Shown here one piece after another: positions 55,733 through 64,000 of a stretch of DNA of 64,000 nucleotides; within the stretch, counting starts at the first letter, position 1, and each line of letters opens with the position of its first letter. Source of the stretch: Candidatus Omnitrophota bacterium (GTDB lineage Bacteria > Omnitrophota > Gorgyraeia > Zapsychrales > JAHFFX01); assembly GCA_023247725.1 (NCBI GenBank), contig JAHFFW010000010.1, forward strand, positions 7,734-71,733. Reading direction: 5' to 3'. The translations under genes were made by a program, and so were the position numbers. Below the pieces are notes generated by a model. The model ran no database searches, was not told where the DNA came from, and was given only the letters and a program-made list of their open reading frames with translations.

Positions 55733-56455
55733 ATGAAAAACACCTTAAAAAATACTTCCGTCAAAGTCAGACGCGCCAAAGAACGCGGCCACGCCAACCA
55801 CGGCTGGTTGGATAGTTACCACACTTTTTCTTTTGCCGGCTATTACGATCCGAACCACATGGGTTTCCGTTCTTTAAAAGTGATTAATGAAGACAGGGTT
55901 GGCCCTGGCAAGGGTTTCGGCAGTCATCCGCATGAGGATATGGAAATATTCAGCTATGTCATCGAAGGGGCCTTGACGCACAAAGACAGCATGGGGAATA
56001 GCTCGACGATCAAGGCCGGCGACGTGCAGAAGATCACGGCGGGCAGCGGAATTGTCCACAGTGAGTTCAATGGTTCAACAAAGGAAAAAGTTCATTTCCT
56101 GCAAATCTGGATTTTACCGGACAAGAAAGGACTCAAGCCGTCTTATCAAGAATATTCTCTCGCTTTATCCGATCCAAAGGCACCAGTGACCTTGATTGGT
56201 TCTCCGCAAGGCGGAAACAATGTGGTCCAATTTCATCAAGATGTCTACATCTATAAAGGCTCATTGGGGCAAGCAGAAATTTGCCGGCATGATATAAAGC
56301 CCGGACGGGGATTATGGATTCAAATGATTAAAGGCAAAGTGAGCCTTGATGACAATGAGTTATCCGCCGGGGATGGGGCGGCCCTTGAAAACCAAAGAAC
56401 CATCACCGCCAAGGCTCTGGAAGACGCGGAATTCCTTTTAATGGATTTAGCTTAA
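55733..56455 (+). CDS. pirin family protein
   Basis: RGHANHGWLDSYHTFSFAGYYDP..MGF..LKVINEDRV.PGKGFGSHPHEDMEIFSYVIEGAL is the pirin N-terminal cupin signature. Confidence 0.8.
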   Translation: MKNTLKNTSVKVRRAKERGHANHGWLDSYHTFSFAGYYDPNHMGFRSLKVINEDRVGPGKGFGSHPHEDMEIFSYVIEGALTHKDSMGNSSTIKAGDVQKITAGSGIVHSEFNGSTKEKVHFLQIWILPDKKGLKPSYQEYSLALSDPKAPVTLIGSPQGGNNVVQFHQDVYIYKGSLGQAEICRHDIKPGRGLWIQMIKGKVSLDDNELSAGDGAALENQRTITAKALEDAEFLLMDLA

Positions 56456-56665
56456 TCAATGAAATTACCAAGGAGTTCCATGGCTCAAGCGAATATTATA
56501 TTGATGTCAGACCTTATTCCATCGTAAATTTATTGAATCAAAATATTAAAGATGATCCTGAAATGCTCGAGAAAGAGTTTATTGTCTATGATGTTCTTTA
56601 CGCTCACTGTCAACAGAAGATAAAAAATAAATCATAATTTGCCAATTTCAGAAAAGGATAATTTT

Positions 56666-57613
56666 ATGGAAAGTAAAATTTTGTTGACGATCAGTCTTAT
56701 TGTTTCGTTAATTTTAATGCCGCACATTTTAAAAGCTGAAGAAAAAGGAAAAAATATCCCATCATCTAAATCCATACAGGCAGCAACTTGGTATGGAAAA
56801 ATCGAGGAGCTTACCGGCGCTAAAGGAAGATTTAATGAAAAAGAAAATGTTTTTAAAGTCAGTTTTCCGCGCTCCGATATTGATGTCACCTCCTCGGGAG
56901 TGAAGATCACCCCGCCCATGGGATTGACGGTATGGGTGGCATTTAAATCCATGGGAAACCATACCATGGTGATGGGAGATATGGTGTTGCTGGAAGATCA
57001 GGTCAATCCGGTTATGAGTGTGGCGTTGGACAACGGTTTGGAGGTCACGGCTCTGCATAATCATTTCTTTTGGGATTCTCCCAAGGTGATGTTCATGCAT
57101 ATTGGCGGCATGGGCGATCCGGAGATTTTGGCTCGTGCGGTCGGTAAAGTTTTCGCCAAGATTAAGGAGACAAGTGGTGGTAAGGGAGATAAGCCATTCT
57201 TGGAAATTGATCCTACCAAGACAACCCTTGATCCCAAAAAGATTGAGGAGATTCTTGGCGTTTCCGGAGAATTAAAAGATGGGGTTTATAAAGTTACTAT
57301 AGGTCGAACGACAACGATGAATGGACATGAAATGGGAAACACCATGGGCATAAATACTTGGGCAGCTTTTATTGGTAGCGATGAAAGGGCTGTTGTCGAC
57401 GGAGACTTTGCCATGCTGGAGTCGGAGGTTCAATCCGTTTTGAAAGCCTTACGGGGCGCTGGGATTAACATCGTTGCGATTCACAACCACATGACGATGG
57501 AAAATCCCAGAATTATTTTTTTACACTTTTGGGGAATTGGGTCAACTACCGATTTGGCCAAAGGTTTAAAAGCGGCATTAGATACACAACACTTAAAAAG
57601 CGTTAAAAAATAA
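56666..57613 (+). CDS. DUF1259 (LpqO/LppY-like) secreted protein
   Basis: Signal peptide, then duplicated ..ALHNHFFWD.. / ..AIHNHMTMENP.. motifs characteristic of DUF1259. Confidence 0.55.
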   Translation: MESKILLTISLIVSLILMPHILKAEEKGKNIPSSKSIQAATWYGKIEELTGAKGRFNEKENVFKVSFPRSDIDVTSSGVKITPPMGLTVWVAFKSMGNHTMVMGDMVLLEDQVNPVMSVALDNGLEVTALHNHFFWDSPKVMFMHIGGMGDPEILARAVGKVFAKIKETSGGKGDKPFLEIDPTKTTLDPKKIEEILGVSGELKDGVYKVTIGRTTTMNGHEMGNTMGINTWAAFIGSDERAVVDGDFAMLESEVQSVLKALRGAGINIVAIHNHMTMENPRIIFLHFWGIGSTTDLAKGLKAALDTQHLKSVKK

Positions 57614-57626
57614 CAAGGAGGGCAAA

Positions 57627-58241
57627 ATGAACAGAAGCAAAAATTTGGTTAAGCTTCTTTTAGTTGGTCTTATCGGAATGTTTTTATCTTTAGGAATTTT
57701 AAACTGTCAACGGGTTTTGGCTGAGGATGAAGAACAGGAAAGGGATTCCGGCGCCTTATTAAGAGCCCTTTCACAAAGCCAGGTATCTCTTTCCGATGGA
57801 ATCAAAAAATCCACAAAAGGGGCGGAGGTACCGATTTCGGCTAAATATGAGTTGGATGAGAAAGATAAACTTTCCCTTTCTGTTTATACGGCTGAAAAAG
57901 GTTTGAATGTAGATCCGCAGAGTAATACTTTTAAAGAAATATCCGGCAGCCCGGTATCAGCGACATGGAATCCGGAGGCAGAGGTAATCAAAGATGAAGA
58001 TGATGTAAAAGCAGCTAAGGAGCAATTAACGGTTCTATCAAAAGCCAAGGTTTCATTGCTTGATATTGTCGAAAAAGCAGCGAAGGAAAATCAAGGGACA
58101 GTTTTTGCCGCTACCCCTGAAATGGAAGACAATAAGTCCGTTATTGAAGTGAAGGTCGCTAAAGACGACAACGTCAGCGAGCATCATTACGATATTGCCA
58201 GCGGTAACGAAATTAAAATGGAAGATGACGATCAGTATTAA
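57627..58241 (+). CDS. secreted PepSY-domain protein (two PepSY-like repeats)
   Basis: Signal peptide. Two segments of the form ..S..A...A......G.v.e.ELdeE.gkL.Y.V. Confidence 0.5.
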   Translation: MNRSKNLVKLLLVGLIGMFLSLGILNCQRVLAEDEEQERDSGALLRALSQSQVSLSDGIKKSTKGAEVPISAKYELDEKDKLSLSVYTAEKGLNVDPQSNTFKEISGSPVSATWNPEAEVIKDEDDVKAAKEQLTVLSKAKVSLLDIVEKAAKENQGTVFAATPEMEDNKSVIEVKVAKDDNVSEHHYDIASGNEIKMEDDDQY

Positions 58242-58422
58242 TCCGTTGGCCAAAATTACAAACTATTTTTAAGAAAGGGTTTGGCTAAGAGAATTCTAAA
58301 ACACATCATCTTTAGGATGAGGATTGCGGACTCAATCTCGGCTCCGGGAATAGATTTTTATTGGGATTACAAGATCAATTGGGAAATGCTTTTCGTTTTG
58401 AAAGCCCTGCGTTAAGCCACCA

Positions 58423-59676
58423 ATGAGATTAAAAAATTTATTTCTTCCAGCCGATGGCCGATTGTTATTTATTTCGCGTACCGTTCGGCTATTCGCGTAT
58501 GGCTTTATTGCCACCATTCTGGTCATTTACTTAGCTGAGATTGGTTTAAGCAATAATCAAATCGGCTTATTGCTCGCTTTGACCTTAATTGGGGATGCTG
58601 CCATTTCTTTATGGTTGACGACGGTGGCTGACCGTGTAGGCAGAAAAAAGATGCTGGTCCTGGGTGCGTTTCTCATGATTTTTGCCGGTGGGTTGTTTGC
58701 ATCGACCAGCCATATTGATCTGTTGATCGTAGCCGCAATCTTAGGCGTGATAAGTCCCAGTGGCAATGAGGTAGGGCCTTTTCTGGCCATCGAGCAGGCC
58801 GCCCTTTCGCAGGTTGTCACTGAACAAATGAGAACAAAGGTTTTTGCATGGTATAACCTCGTTGGTTCATTGGCGACAGCTTTTGGGGCATTATGTTCCG
58901 GAGCAGGAGTCCAGTTATTACAAAAGGCTGGTTTTACTTTATTATCCAGTTGTCGAGTTGCTGTGGTTAGCTATGCGGTTTTTGGATTCATTCTCCTTAG
59001 TGTATTTTATTTTTTATCTTCTAACATTGAAGTTCGAAAGAATAATCCGCCAGCCAACCCTTTCCCCAGACTCTGTCGTTGGTTAGGATTGCGTCATTCA
59101 ACGGGAATGGTTGTTAAGTTATCCCTTTTGTTCGCCTTGGATGCTCTTGGCGGCGGGTTTGTTATGCAAAGCATCGTTTCCTATTGGTTTCATATTCGTT
59201 TCGGCGCAGAACCTTTGTTCCTCGGCGGTATCTTTTGGGGCGCGAATATGCTGGCTGGTTTTTCCGGATTGATTGCGGCGAAGATGGCGGCACGCATTGG
59301 ATTGATTAAGACGATGGTTTTTACTCATGTTCCTTCCAACGTTCTTCTGATATTAGTTCCGCTCATGCCGAATGTATTTCTGGCTGTGGCGGTTCTTCTT
59401 TTACGTTTTGGTGTCTCTCAGATGGATGTCCCGACGCGGCAATCCTATACGATGGCCGTGGTCTCACCTGACGAACGCTCTGCCGCTTCGGGAATAACCA
59501 ATGTGGCGCGTACTTTAGGGGCTTCTATTTCTCCATTATTGATTGCTCCATTATTTGGTTCTGCGGTCACCTTAAGGATTGCCTTTTTTGCAGCGGGAGG
59601 ATTAAAACTTGCTTACGATTTTTTGCTTTACCAGGGATTCCAGAAAATTAAGCCAATGGAAGAAAAGCAGGCATGA
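58423..59676 (+). CDS. MFS transporter
   Basis: 12 predicted TM helices, with the MFS signature loop DRVGRKKML between TM2 and TM3. Confidence 0.75.
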   Translation: MRLKNLFLPADGRLLFISRTVRLFAYGFIATILVIYLAEIGLSNNQIGLLLALTLIGDAAISLWLTTVADRVGRKKMLVLGAFLMIFAGGLFASTSHIDLLIVAAILGVISPSGNEVGPFLAIEQAALSQVVTEQMRTKVFAWYNLVGSLATAFGALCSGAGVQLLQKAGFTLLSSCRVAVVSYAVFGFILLSVFYFLSSNIEVRKNNPPANPFPRLCRWLGLRHSTGMVVKLSLLFALDALGGGFVMQSIVSYWFHIRFGAEPLFLGGIFWGANMLAGFSGLIAAKMAARIGLIKTMVFTHVPSNVLLILVPLMPNVFLAVAVLLLRFGVSQMDVPTRQSYTMAVVSPDERSAASGITNVARTLGASISPLLIAPLFGSAVTLRIAFFAAGGLKLAYDFLLYQGFQKIKPMEEKQA

Positions 59677-59805
59677 CACTTTTTTGAAGAGGCCAAAACA
59701 GTTTTTTATGATGAGAATGCTTTGGAGTCCTATGATCCCGGTTTAATAGATTTAGCCTAATCAACCAAATTATCAAGGAGTCCCATAGATCGCTTCCTCA
59801 ATTCT

Positions 59806-60375
59806 ATGTCCTACGAATTTAGAATATTAGCGCTTTTTGTGTTTATAGCGATCATGTTGATTTTTGATTTAAGAAATCCTCCGGATAAACGATTTAGATT
59901 CAAGACATACTGGTTCATTTTATCCCTTGGTGGAGTTGGGGCATTATTGGGTATGGCGATCGATTCCATCACTTCAAGGATCTCAATTGATTATTTTATT
60001 TACGGAAAAGGTTTATTGGCCGGTTCAATGTTGAAGCGAGATATATTAGCCCTGGGAGCCAAGGCTGGATTCTCTGCAGGAGTTTTTGCGGGGTGCTTCC
60101 TTATTATGGCTAATCCATTAAAGCAGCATGTCATCCACCTATACCGTTTTATTTCAATACCTTTATTGATCAGTGTTCTTCTAGGATTTCTTTTGGGAGC
60201 AATTCAATATGCAACCAATATCGTTTTCTTAGATCAGGTTTCTTTTTTGGGAGAAGACCATTCGCGTCTGTTTGCAACGGTATGGCTAATTCACATAGGT
60301 GTTTATCTGGGGGCATTATTGGGATTGTTGCTCGTTTGCCATCGGGTACGAACGCTGGGTATTAACCGGTCCTAA
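59806..60375 (+). CDS. hypothetical integral membrane protein
   Basis: 189 aa with ~5 hydrophobic helices. No recognised motif. Confidence 0.35.
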   Translation: MSYEFRILALFVFIAIMLIFDLRNPPDKRFRFKTYWFILSLGGVGALLGMAIDSITSRISIDYFIYGKGLLAGSMLKRDILALGAKAGFSAGVFAGCFLIMANPLKQHVIHLYRFISIPLLISVLLGFLLGAIQYATNIVFLDQVSFLGEDHSRLFATVWLIHIGVYLGALLGLLLVCHRVRTLGINRS

Positions 60376-60488
60376 TCTTGCAGAAAATGGAATGGCTGAT
60401 GTTATCTTCCCTTAATATATAGAAATCGATCCGGCCCCTTGCTTTTGACCGGGGAATTTGTTATCCTTAAACCCAGAAAGGTTCCCCT

Positions 60489-60908
60489 ATGAACAAGTCG
60501 CGGCAAGCCTTTGTGAGCGGAGTTTCCGTCTTCTTCTTTATCTCTGCTTTGTTTTGCTGTTCCTTCTGTCGCCTGGCCGAGGCGAGGACTGACGCGCAAA
60601 GACCGACCCCATCGGTTTTGTCCGGCACGTTAGCCAAGATGCAGCATTCTTGCTGCCCGACGGACAATAAAGCCTCGCATTCCCAAAGGAAATGCCAAGA
60701 GCTCAATTCTTCACCCCTTTTGCAATTGGAAAAATTCAATGACCTTGGCCACAAAATTCTCACTCAGGTTTCTCAATTAACTCTGCTTTTTCCCCTCATT
60801 GGTGAAGGAACTCCGCATTCTCTGATTCGTGTTGCCTCTTTTTCTCCACCGCAGTTCCTGCCAGAATCTGTTCCGATTTATCTTTTCGATCGCGCCCTGC
60901 GCATCTAA
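60489..60908 (+). CDS. hypothetical secreted Cys-rich protein upstream of heavy-metal efflux genes
   Basis: Signal-peptide-like N-terminus. HSCCPTD and scattered His/Cys. Possible metal-binding periplasmic protein. Low confidence. Confidence 0.3.
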   Translation: MNKSRQAFVSGVSVFFFISALFCCSFCRLAEARTDAQRPTPSVLSGTLAKMQHSCCPTDNKASHSQRKCQELNSSPLLQLEKFNDLGHKILTQVSQLTLLFPLIGEGTPHSLIRVASFSPPQFLPESVPIYLFDRALRI

Positions 60909-61000
60909 TCTCATAGTCCCAGAATTGGCGGATCACCTTTTCCCTTATTCTTCAGGAAAAGTGCGTGCGAGTTTTTATATTCCACTAAATTGAGGACACT

Positions 61001-62317
61001 ATGAGCATTTCCAAAAAATCAGCTTTCATCAATTTACTTGTGATTGGTAGTTTCTTGACATGGTTGAGTGGATCACCTTGGGCCAGCGCAGAGGAATTAT
61101 CGGAATTATCTTCATTCAATCGGTCTGCCGAATTATTTTCCCTCCTTCATGAAGCTTTAAATAACAACCCAGAAATTATGACGGCTCAGGCCCAGTGGCA
61201 GGCGGCGAAGAAGCGAATCCCCCAAGCCGCGGCCTTGCCGGATCCGACCGCGGGTTACACCTATATGGGCCCCACGCCGGATACGCTCAATGGTCCGGAA
61301 AAGGATCGTTATGAATTTGAGCAAATGATTCCTTTTCCAGGAAAATTAGCCGGCCGGCGCAATGCCGCCAAGGCCGAAGCCGCGGCGCAAGAGGCTCGAT
61401 TGCGTATGGTGGAACGGGACATCATGTTCAAGGTTTCGCAAGCGTATTATGATCTTGTGGTCACGCAAAGGACCTTGGCGCTCGTCGATGAAATCAAAAG
61501 CGCGTTAAGGCAAGCGGAGGCCGCGCTCCAGGCGCAGTATTCTACCAGTAAAGTCACCCAGAGCGAGTTACTGAAAAGCCAAATGGAGATTGCGCAAAAT
61601 TCCCAGAGAATTTTTGAACTGGAACAAAGGCGCGATACGTTAAAGATTTTATTGCAGTCGCTTTTGAACCGCTCATCGCCGCCGGAGGTGGAAGCCAAGG
61701 AGCTTCCAGTGCCGACGCTGCCTTTGTCCTGGGAAGACATTGAAGCGAAGGCCCGCCAAAATCGTCCCGGATTGAAAGAATCTCGGGCCATGCTTAAAAA
61801 AAGCCAGCATGATTTGAATTTGGCGAAACTAGAAAACGCGCCGGATTTTAGTATCGGATTTGAATACAGCCGCATCGATGCTGGAGAGAGCACCTCGGCC
61901 AATGCCGGACAAGATGCCTGGATGATCCCGATCAAAGTGACGATTCCCTTATGGCAAAATCGGATTGGTTCGGCGATTGACGAAGCGCGCGCGAATTGGA
62001 AAGCGGCCCAGGCTCGACTCAAAGGATCGGAAAACTCGACGGACTATGAGGTCAAGGCCGCTTATTATCGTTTTGTGACTGCCCAAAAAACCGTTTTGTT
62101 GTACGAAAATACCCTCCTGCCGCAGGCCCGCTTGATGCTGCGATCCCAACAAGCCGGTTACGGCGCGGGCGAACAAGACGCGGTCAATTATGTGGCCAGC
62201 CAGATCAATTTTTTTAACCTGCAGGCCGCCTATTCCGAGGCCGTTGCCAATGCCCTCAAAGAATTGGCGTCTTTAGAAAAAGAAGTTGGCGCAGATTTGA
62301 TTGAAGGAGAAGATTAA
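61001..62317 (+). CDS. TolC-family outer membrane efflux protein (CusC-like)
   Basis: Signal peptide. Two OEP repeats. Immediately precedes the CusB-like and CusA-like genes. Confidence 0.8.
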   Translation: MSISKKSAFINLLVIGSFLTWLSGSPWASAEELSELSSFNRSAELFSLLHEALNNNPEIMTAQAQWQAAKKRIPQAAALPDPTAGYTYMGPTPDTLNGPEKDRYEFEQMIPFPGKLAGRRNAAKAEAAAQEARLRMVERDIMFKVSQAYYDLVVTQRTLALVDEIKSALRQAEAALQAQYSTSKVTQSELLKSQMEIAQNSQRIFELEQRRDTLKILLQSLLNRSSPPEVEAKELPVPTLPLSWEDIEAKARQNRPGLKESRAMLKKSQHDLNLAKLENAPDFSIGFEYSRIDAGESTSANAGQDAWMIPIKVTIPLWQNRIGSAIDEARANWKAAQARLKGSENSTDYEVKAAYYRFVTAQKTVLLYENTLLPQARLMLRSQQAGYGAGEQDAVNYVASQINFFNLQAAYSEAVANALKELASLEKEVGADLIEGED

Positions 62318-63533
62318 CATGAAAACCGAAAGAAAAAAACTATGGATTGCGGTCGGCATCATCCTCCTCCTCGCCGGAGCCGTAGTCTTTTGGCCCAAGG
62401 GTCAGAACACATCTCAAAAGGTTGCGCACAAGGATATTTATTTTTGTCCCATGCATCCGACTTATACCAGCGATAAGCCGGGAATATGTCCGATTTGTCA
62501 GATGAAATTAGAAAAAAGAGAAACTCCGACAGAGTCAACGCAAAGGACTTCACCAACGGGTCCCGGAACCAAAGGAAAAGAGAGAAAAATTCTTTATTGG
62601 ACGGATCCCATGATCCCGGGATACAAGGCCTCCGGTCCGGGCAAATCGCCGATGGGAATGGATTTGATTCCCGTCTATGAGGAGGAAGAAAACGAAGCCG
62701 CGGGAACATCCGTGGAAGGGCATGCCTCCGTATCGTTGACTTATCCCAAGCAACATCTGATCGGCATTAAAACGGAAAAGGTCAGTGTTCGACGCTTGAC
62801 GAAAGCCATCCGTGCCGTCGGTACTGTAGCCCATGACACGGAACTTTATCAGACCCAGTCGGAATATCTACAGGCTATTGCGGCATTCAAACATGCCGAG
62901 GCCAGCGGCTTCTCGGAAATCATTGAGCAATCCAGGGCCGTGGTCGATGCCATTCGTCTGCGTTTGATTCACATGGGATTTCACGAAGGATTGATTGAGG
63001 AATTAGAACAGAAAAACCAACCCGATGAAAGTTTGCTGATCGTGGAAACCGGGCCAGTGTGGGTCTATGCCCAAATTTATCAATATGAACTTCCTTACGT
63101 GGAGGTGGGAACCCCGGTCCAGGTAACGCTCCCCTCATTTCCCCAGGAAACCTTTGAAGGCATGGTCCGCGCCGTCGATCCGATGGTCGATATGATGACC
63201 CGCACGGTCCGTATCCGCATTCAGATTAAAGATGCCAAAGGTGTTTTAAAGCCGGATATGTTTGTTAATGCCTGTATGGATATTGATCTGGGCGTTGTTC
63301 TGGCGGTGCCGCAGGAGGCCGTCTTTCATACCGGGGAAAGGGACATTGTCTTTGTCGATTCTGGCAAAGGTGTTTTTGAGCCCCGGCCAGTGACGCTTGG
63401 GACCGAAGCCGAAGGATATGACGAAATTAAATCGGGACTAAAAGAAGATGAGGTGGTGGTAACCAACGGCAATTTTCTCCTCGATTCCGAAAGCCGTTTA
63501 AAGGCCGCGATTGAAGGAGGGCCGGCCCAATGA
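62301..63533 (+). CDS. heavy-metal efflux RND periplasmic adaptor (CusB/CzcB-like)
   Basis: N-terminal metal-binding motif YFCPMHPTYTSDKPGICPICQMKL, then MFP beta-barrel/lipoyl domains. Translationally coupled to the next gene. Confidence 0.8.
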   Translation: MKEKINMKTERKKLWIAVGIILLLAGAVVFWPKGQNTSQKVAHKDIYFCPMHPTYTSDKPGICPICQMKLEKRETPTESTQRTSPTGPGTKGKERKILYWTDPMIPGYKASGPGKSPMGMDLIPVYEEEENEAAGTSVEGHASVSLTYPKQHLIGIKTEKVSVRRLTKAIRAVGTVAHDTELYQTQSEYLQAIAAFKHAEASGFSEIIEQSRAVVDAIRLRLIHMGFHEGLIEELEQKNQPDESLLIVETGPVWVYAQIYQYELPYVEVGTPVQVTLPSFPQETFEGMVRAVDPMVDMMTRTVRIRIQIKDAKGVLKPDMFVNACMDIDLGVVLAVPQEAVFHTGERDIVFVDSGKGVFEPRPVTLGTEAEGYDEIKSGLKEDEVVVTNGNFLLDSESRLKAAIEGGPAQ

Positions 63534-64000
63534 ATCATAATTCTCCCCGGGAAACCTGGATTGAAAAGCTCATTGATTTTTCGGTCCATAATAAATTCTT
63601 GGTGCTGATCTTTGTGGTCGTGGCCATTGTGGCCGCGGTATGGTCGGCTAAAAATATTCCCCTGGATGCGATTCCGGATTTATCGGATACTCAGGTGATT
63701 GTGTATTCTCGCTGGGATCGCAGTCCGGATATCATTGAAGACCAAGTGACGTACCCCATTGTCTCTTCGTTGTTGGGGGTCCCCGGAATCAAAGCGATTC
63801 GGGGTTTTTCGGATTTCGGATTTTCCTACGTCTATGTCATTTTCAAAGATGGAACTGACCTTTATTGGGCGCGCAGCCGAGTCCTGGAATATTTAAGTAA
63901 AATCCTGCCCCGGCTTCCGGAAGGAGTTCAAACCGAATTAGGCCCGGATGCAACCGGCGTCGGTTGGGTTTTCCAGTATGCGCTGGTGGATGAAACCGGC
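63530..64000 (+). CDS. CusA/CzcA-family heavy-metal efflux RND permease, 3'-truncated by the window end
   Basis: ATG 63530. Translation MNHNSPRETWIEKLIDFSVHNKFLVLIFVVVAIVAAVWSAKNIPLDAIPDLSDTQVIVYSRWDRSPDIIEDQVTYPI... is the conserved HME-RND N-terminus. It runs off the window. Confidence 0.8.
   Translation, partial: MNHNSPRETWIEKLIDFSVHNKFLVLIFVVVAIVAAVWSAKNIPLDAIPDLSDTQVIVYSRWDRSPDIIEDQVTYPIVSSLLGVPGIKAIRGFSDFGFSYVYVIFKDGTDLYWARSRVLEYLSKILPRLPEGVQTELGPDATGVGWVFQYALVDETG

Overview
The window holds three blocks, nearly all on the + strand.

(1) 1 to ~25.7 kb: the late region of a lambda-like siphovirus prophage. It runs: C-terminal fragment of a DNA MTase, terminase small and large (GpA family) subunits, a zinc-ribbon protein, gpW-like protein, gpB-like portal, prohead protease/scaffold, decoration protein, gpE-like major capsid, head-tail adaptors, major tail protein, G/GT tail chaperones with a canonical A_AAA_AAC -1 frameshift site, tape measure, gpM/L/K-like proteins, a fused gpI-gpJ host-specificity protein, a collar-domain tail fibre, and an XhlA/holin lysis pair. 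Two things stand out in this block: the prophage right boundary and integrase are not in the window, and a terminator-delimited cassette of three signal-peptide proteins sits between terminase and gpW. That cassette contains an 837-aa protein built from degenerate tandem repeats.

(2) ~25.7 to 39.0 kb: an AT-richer cargo/defence island directly after the lysis genes. It starts with a sigma70-like promoter and an excisionase-family HTH gene, followed by two modules. (a) A three-gene RM/BREX-related module: a fused PLD(HKD)-SNF2 helicase, a MmeI/PglX-family NPPY adenine MTase of ~1080 aa, and a translationally coupled DprA/Smf-like Rossmann protein. There is no PglZ, BrxC or DrmA/B, so it is not canonical BREX or DISARM. 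(b) An 8-gene operon driven by its own strong promoter that encodes a eukaryotic-like ubiquitin-type conjugation set. Its genes are a 57-aa ORF ending ...DLGGEY (candidate modifier), a catalytic E2, a Cys-to-Ser UEV-like E2 paralogue with an N-terminal Phd/YefM-like domain, a ThiF/MoeB E1 with CxxC pairs, a JAB/JAMM peptidase, two paralogous ComEC-type MBL-fold proteins with degenerate metal motifs, and a 4-TM protein. I consider (b) the strongest candidate for an undescribed or atypical antiphage system, related to Bil/Bub/Cap2-Cap3-type Ubl systems but with different composition. A ParB-like remnant on the - strand follows.

(3) 39.6 to 64 kb: ordinary chromosomal genes. These are an SQR-like flavoprotein, a VOC protein, a TfoX-N protein, a Fic pseudogene, a GH15 glucoamylase, a glucose dehydrogenase-like Zn-ADH, a cyclase, a 6PGDH-like protein, MarR with an RND tripartite pump, a pirin, DUF1259 and PepSY proteins, an MFS transporter, and a CusCBA-like heavy-metal RND operon that is truncated at the window end.

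All calls rest on motif and synteny reading of the supplied ORF translations. No database searches were run.
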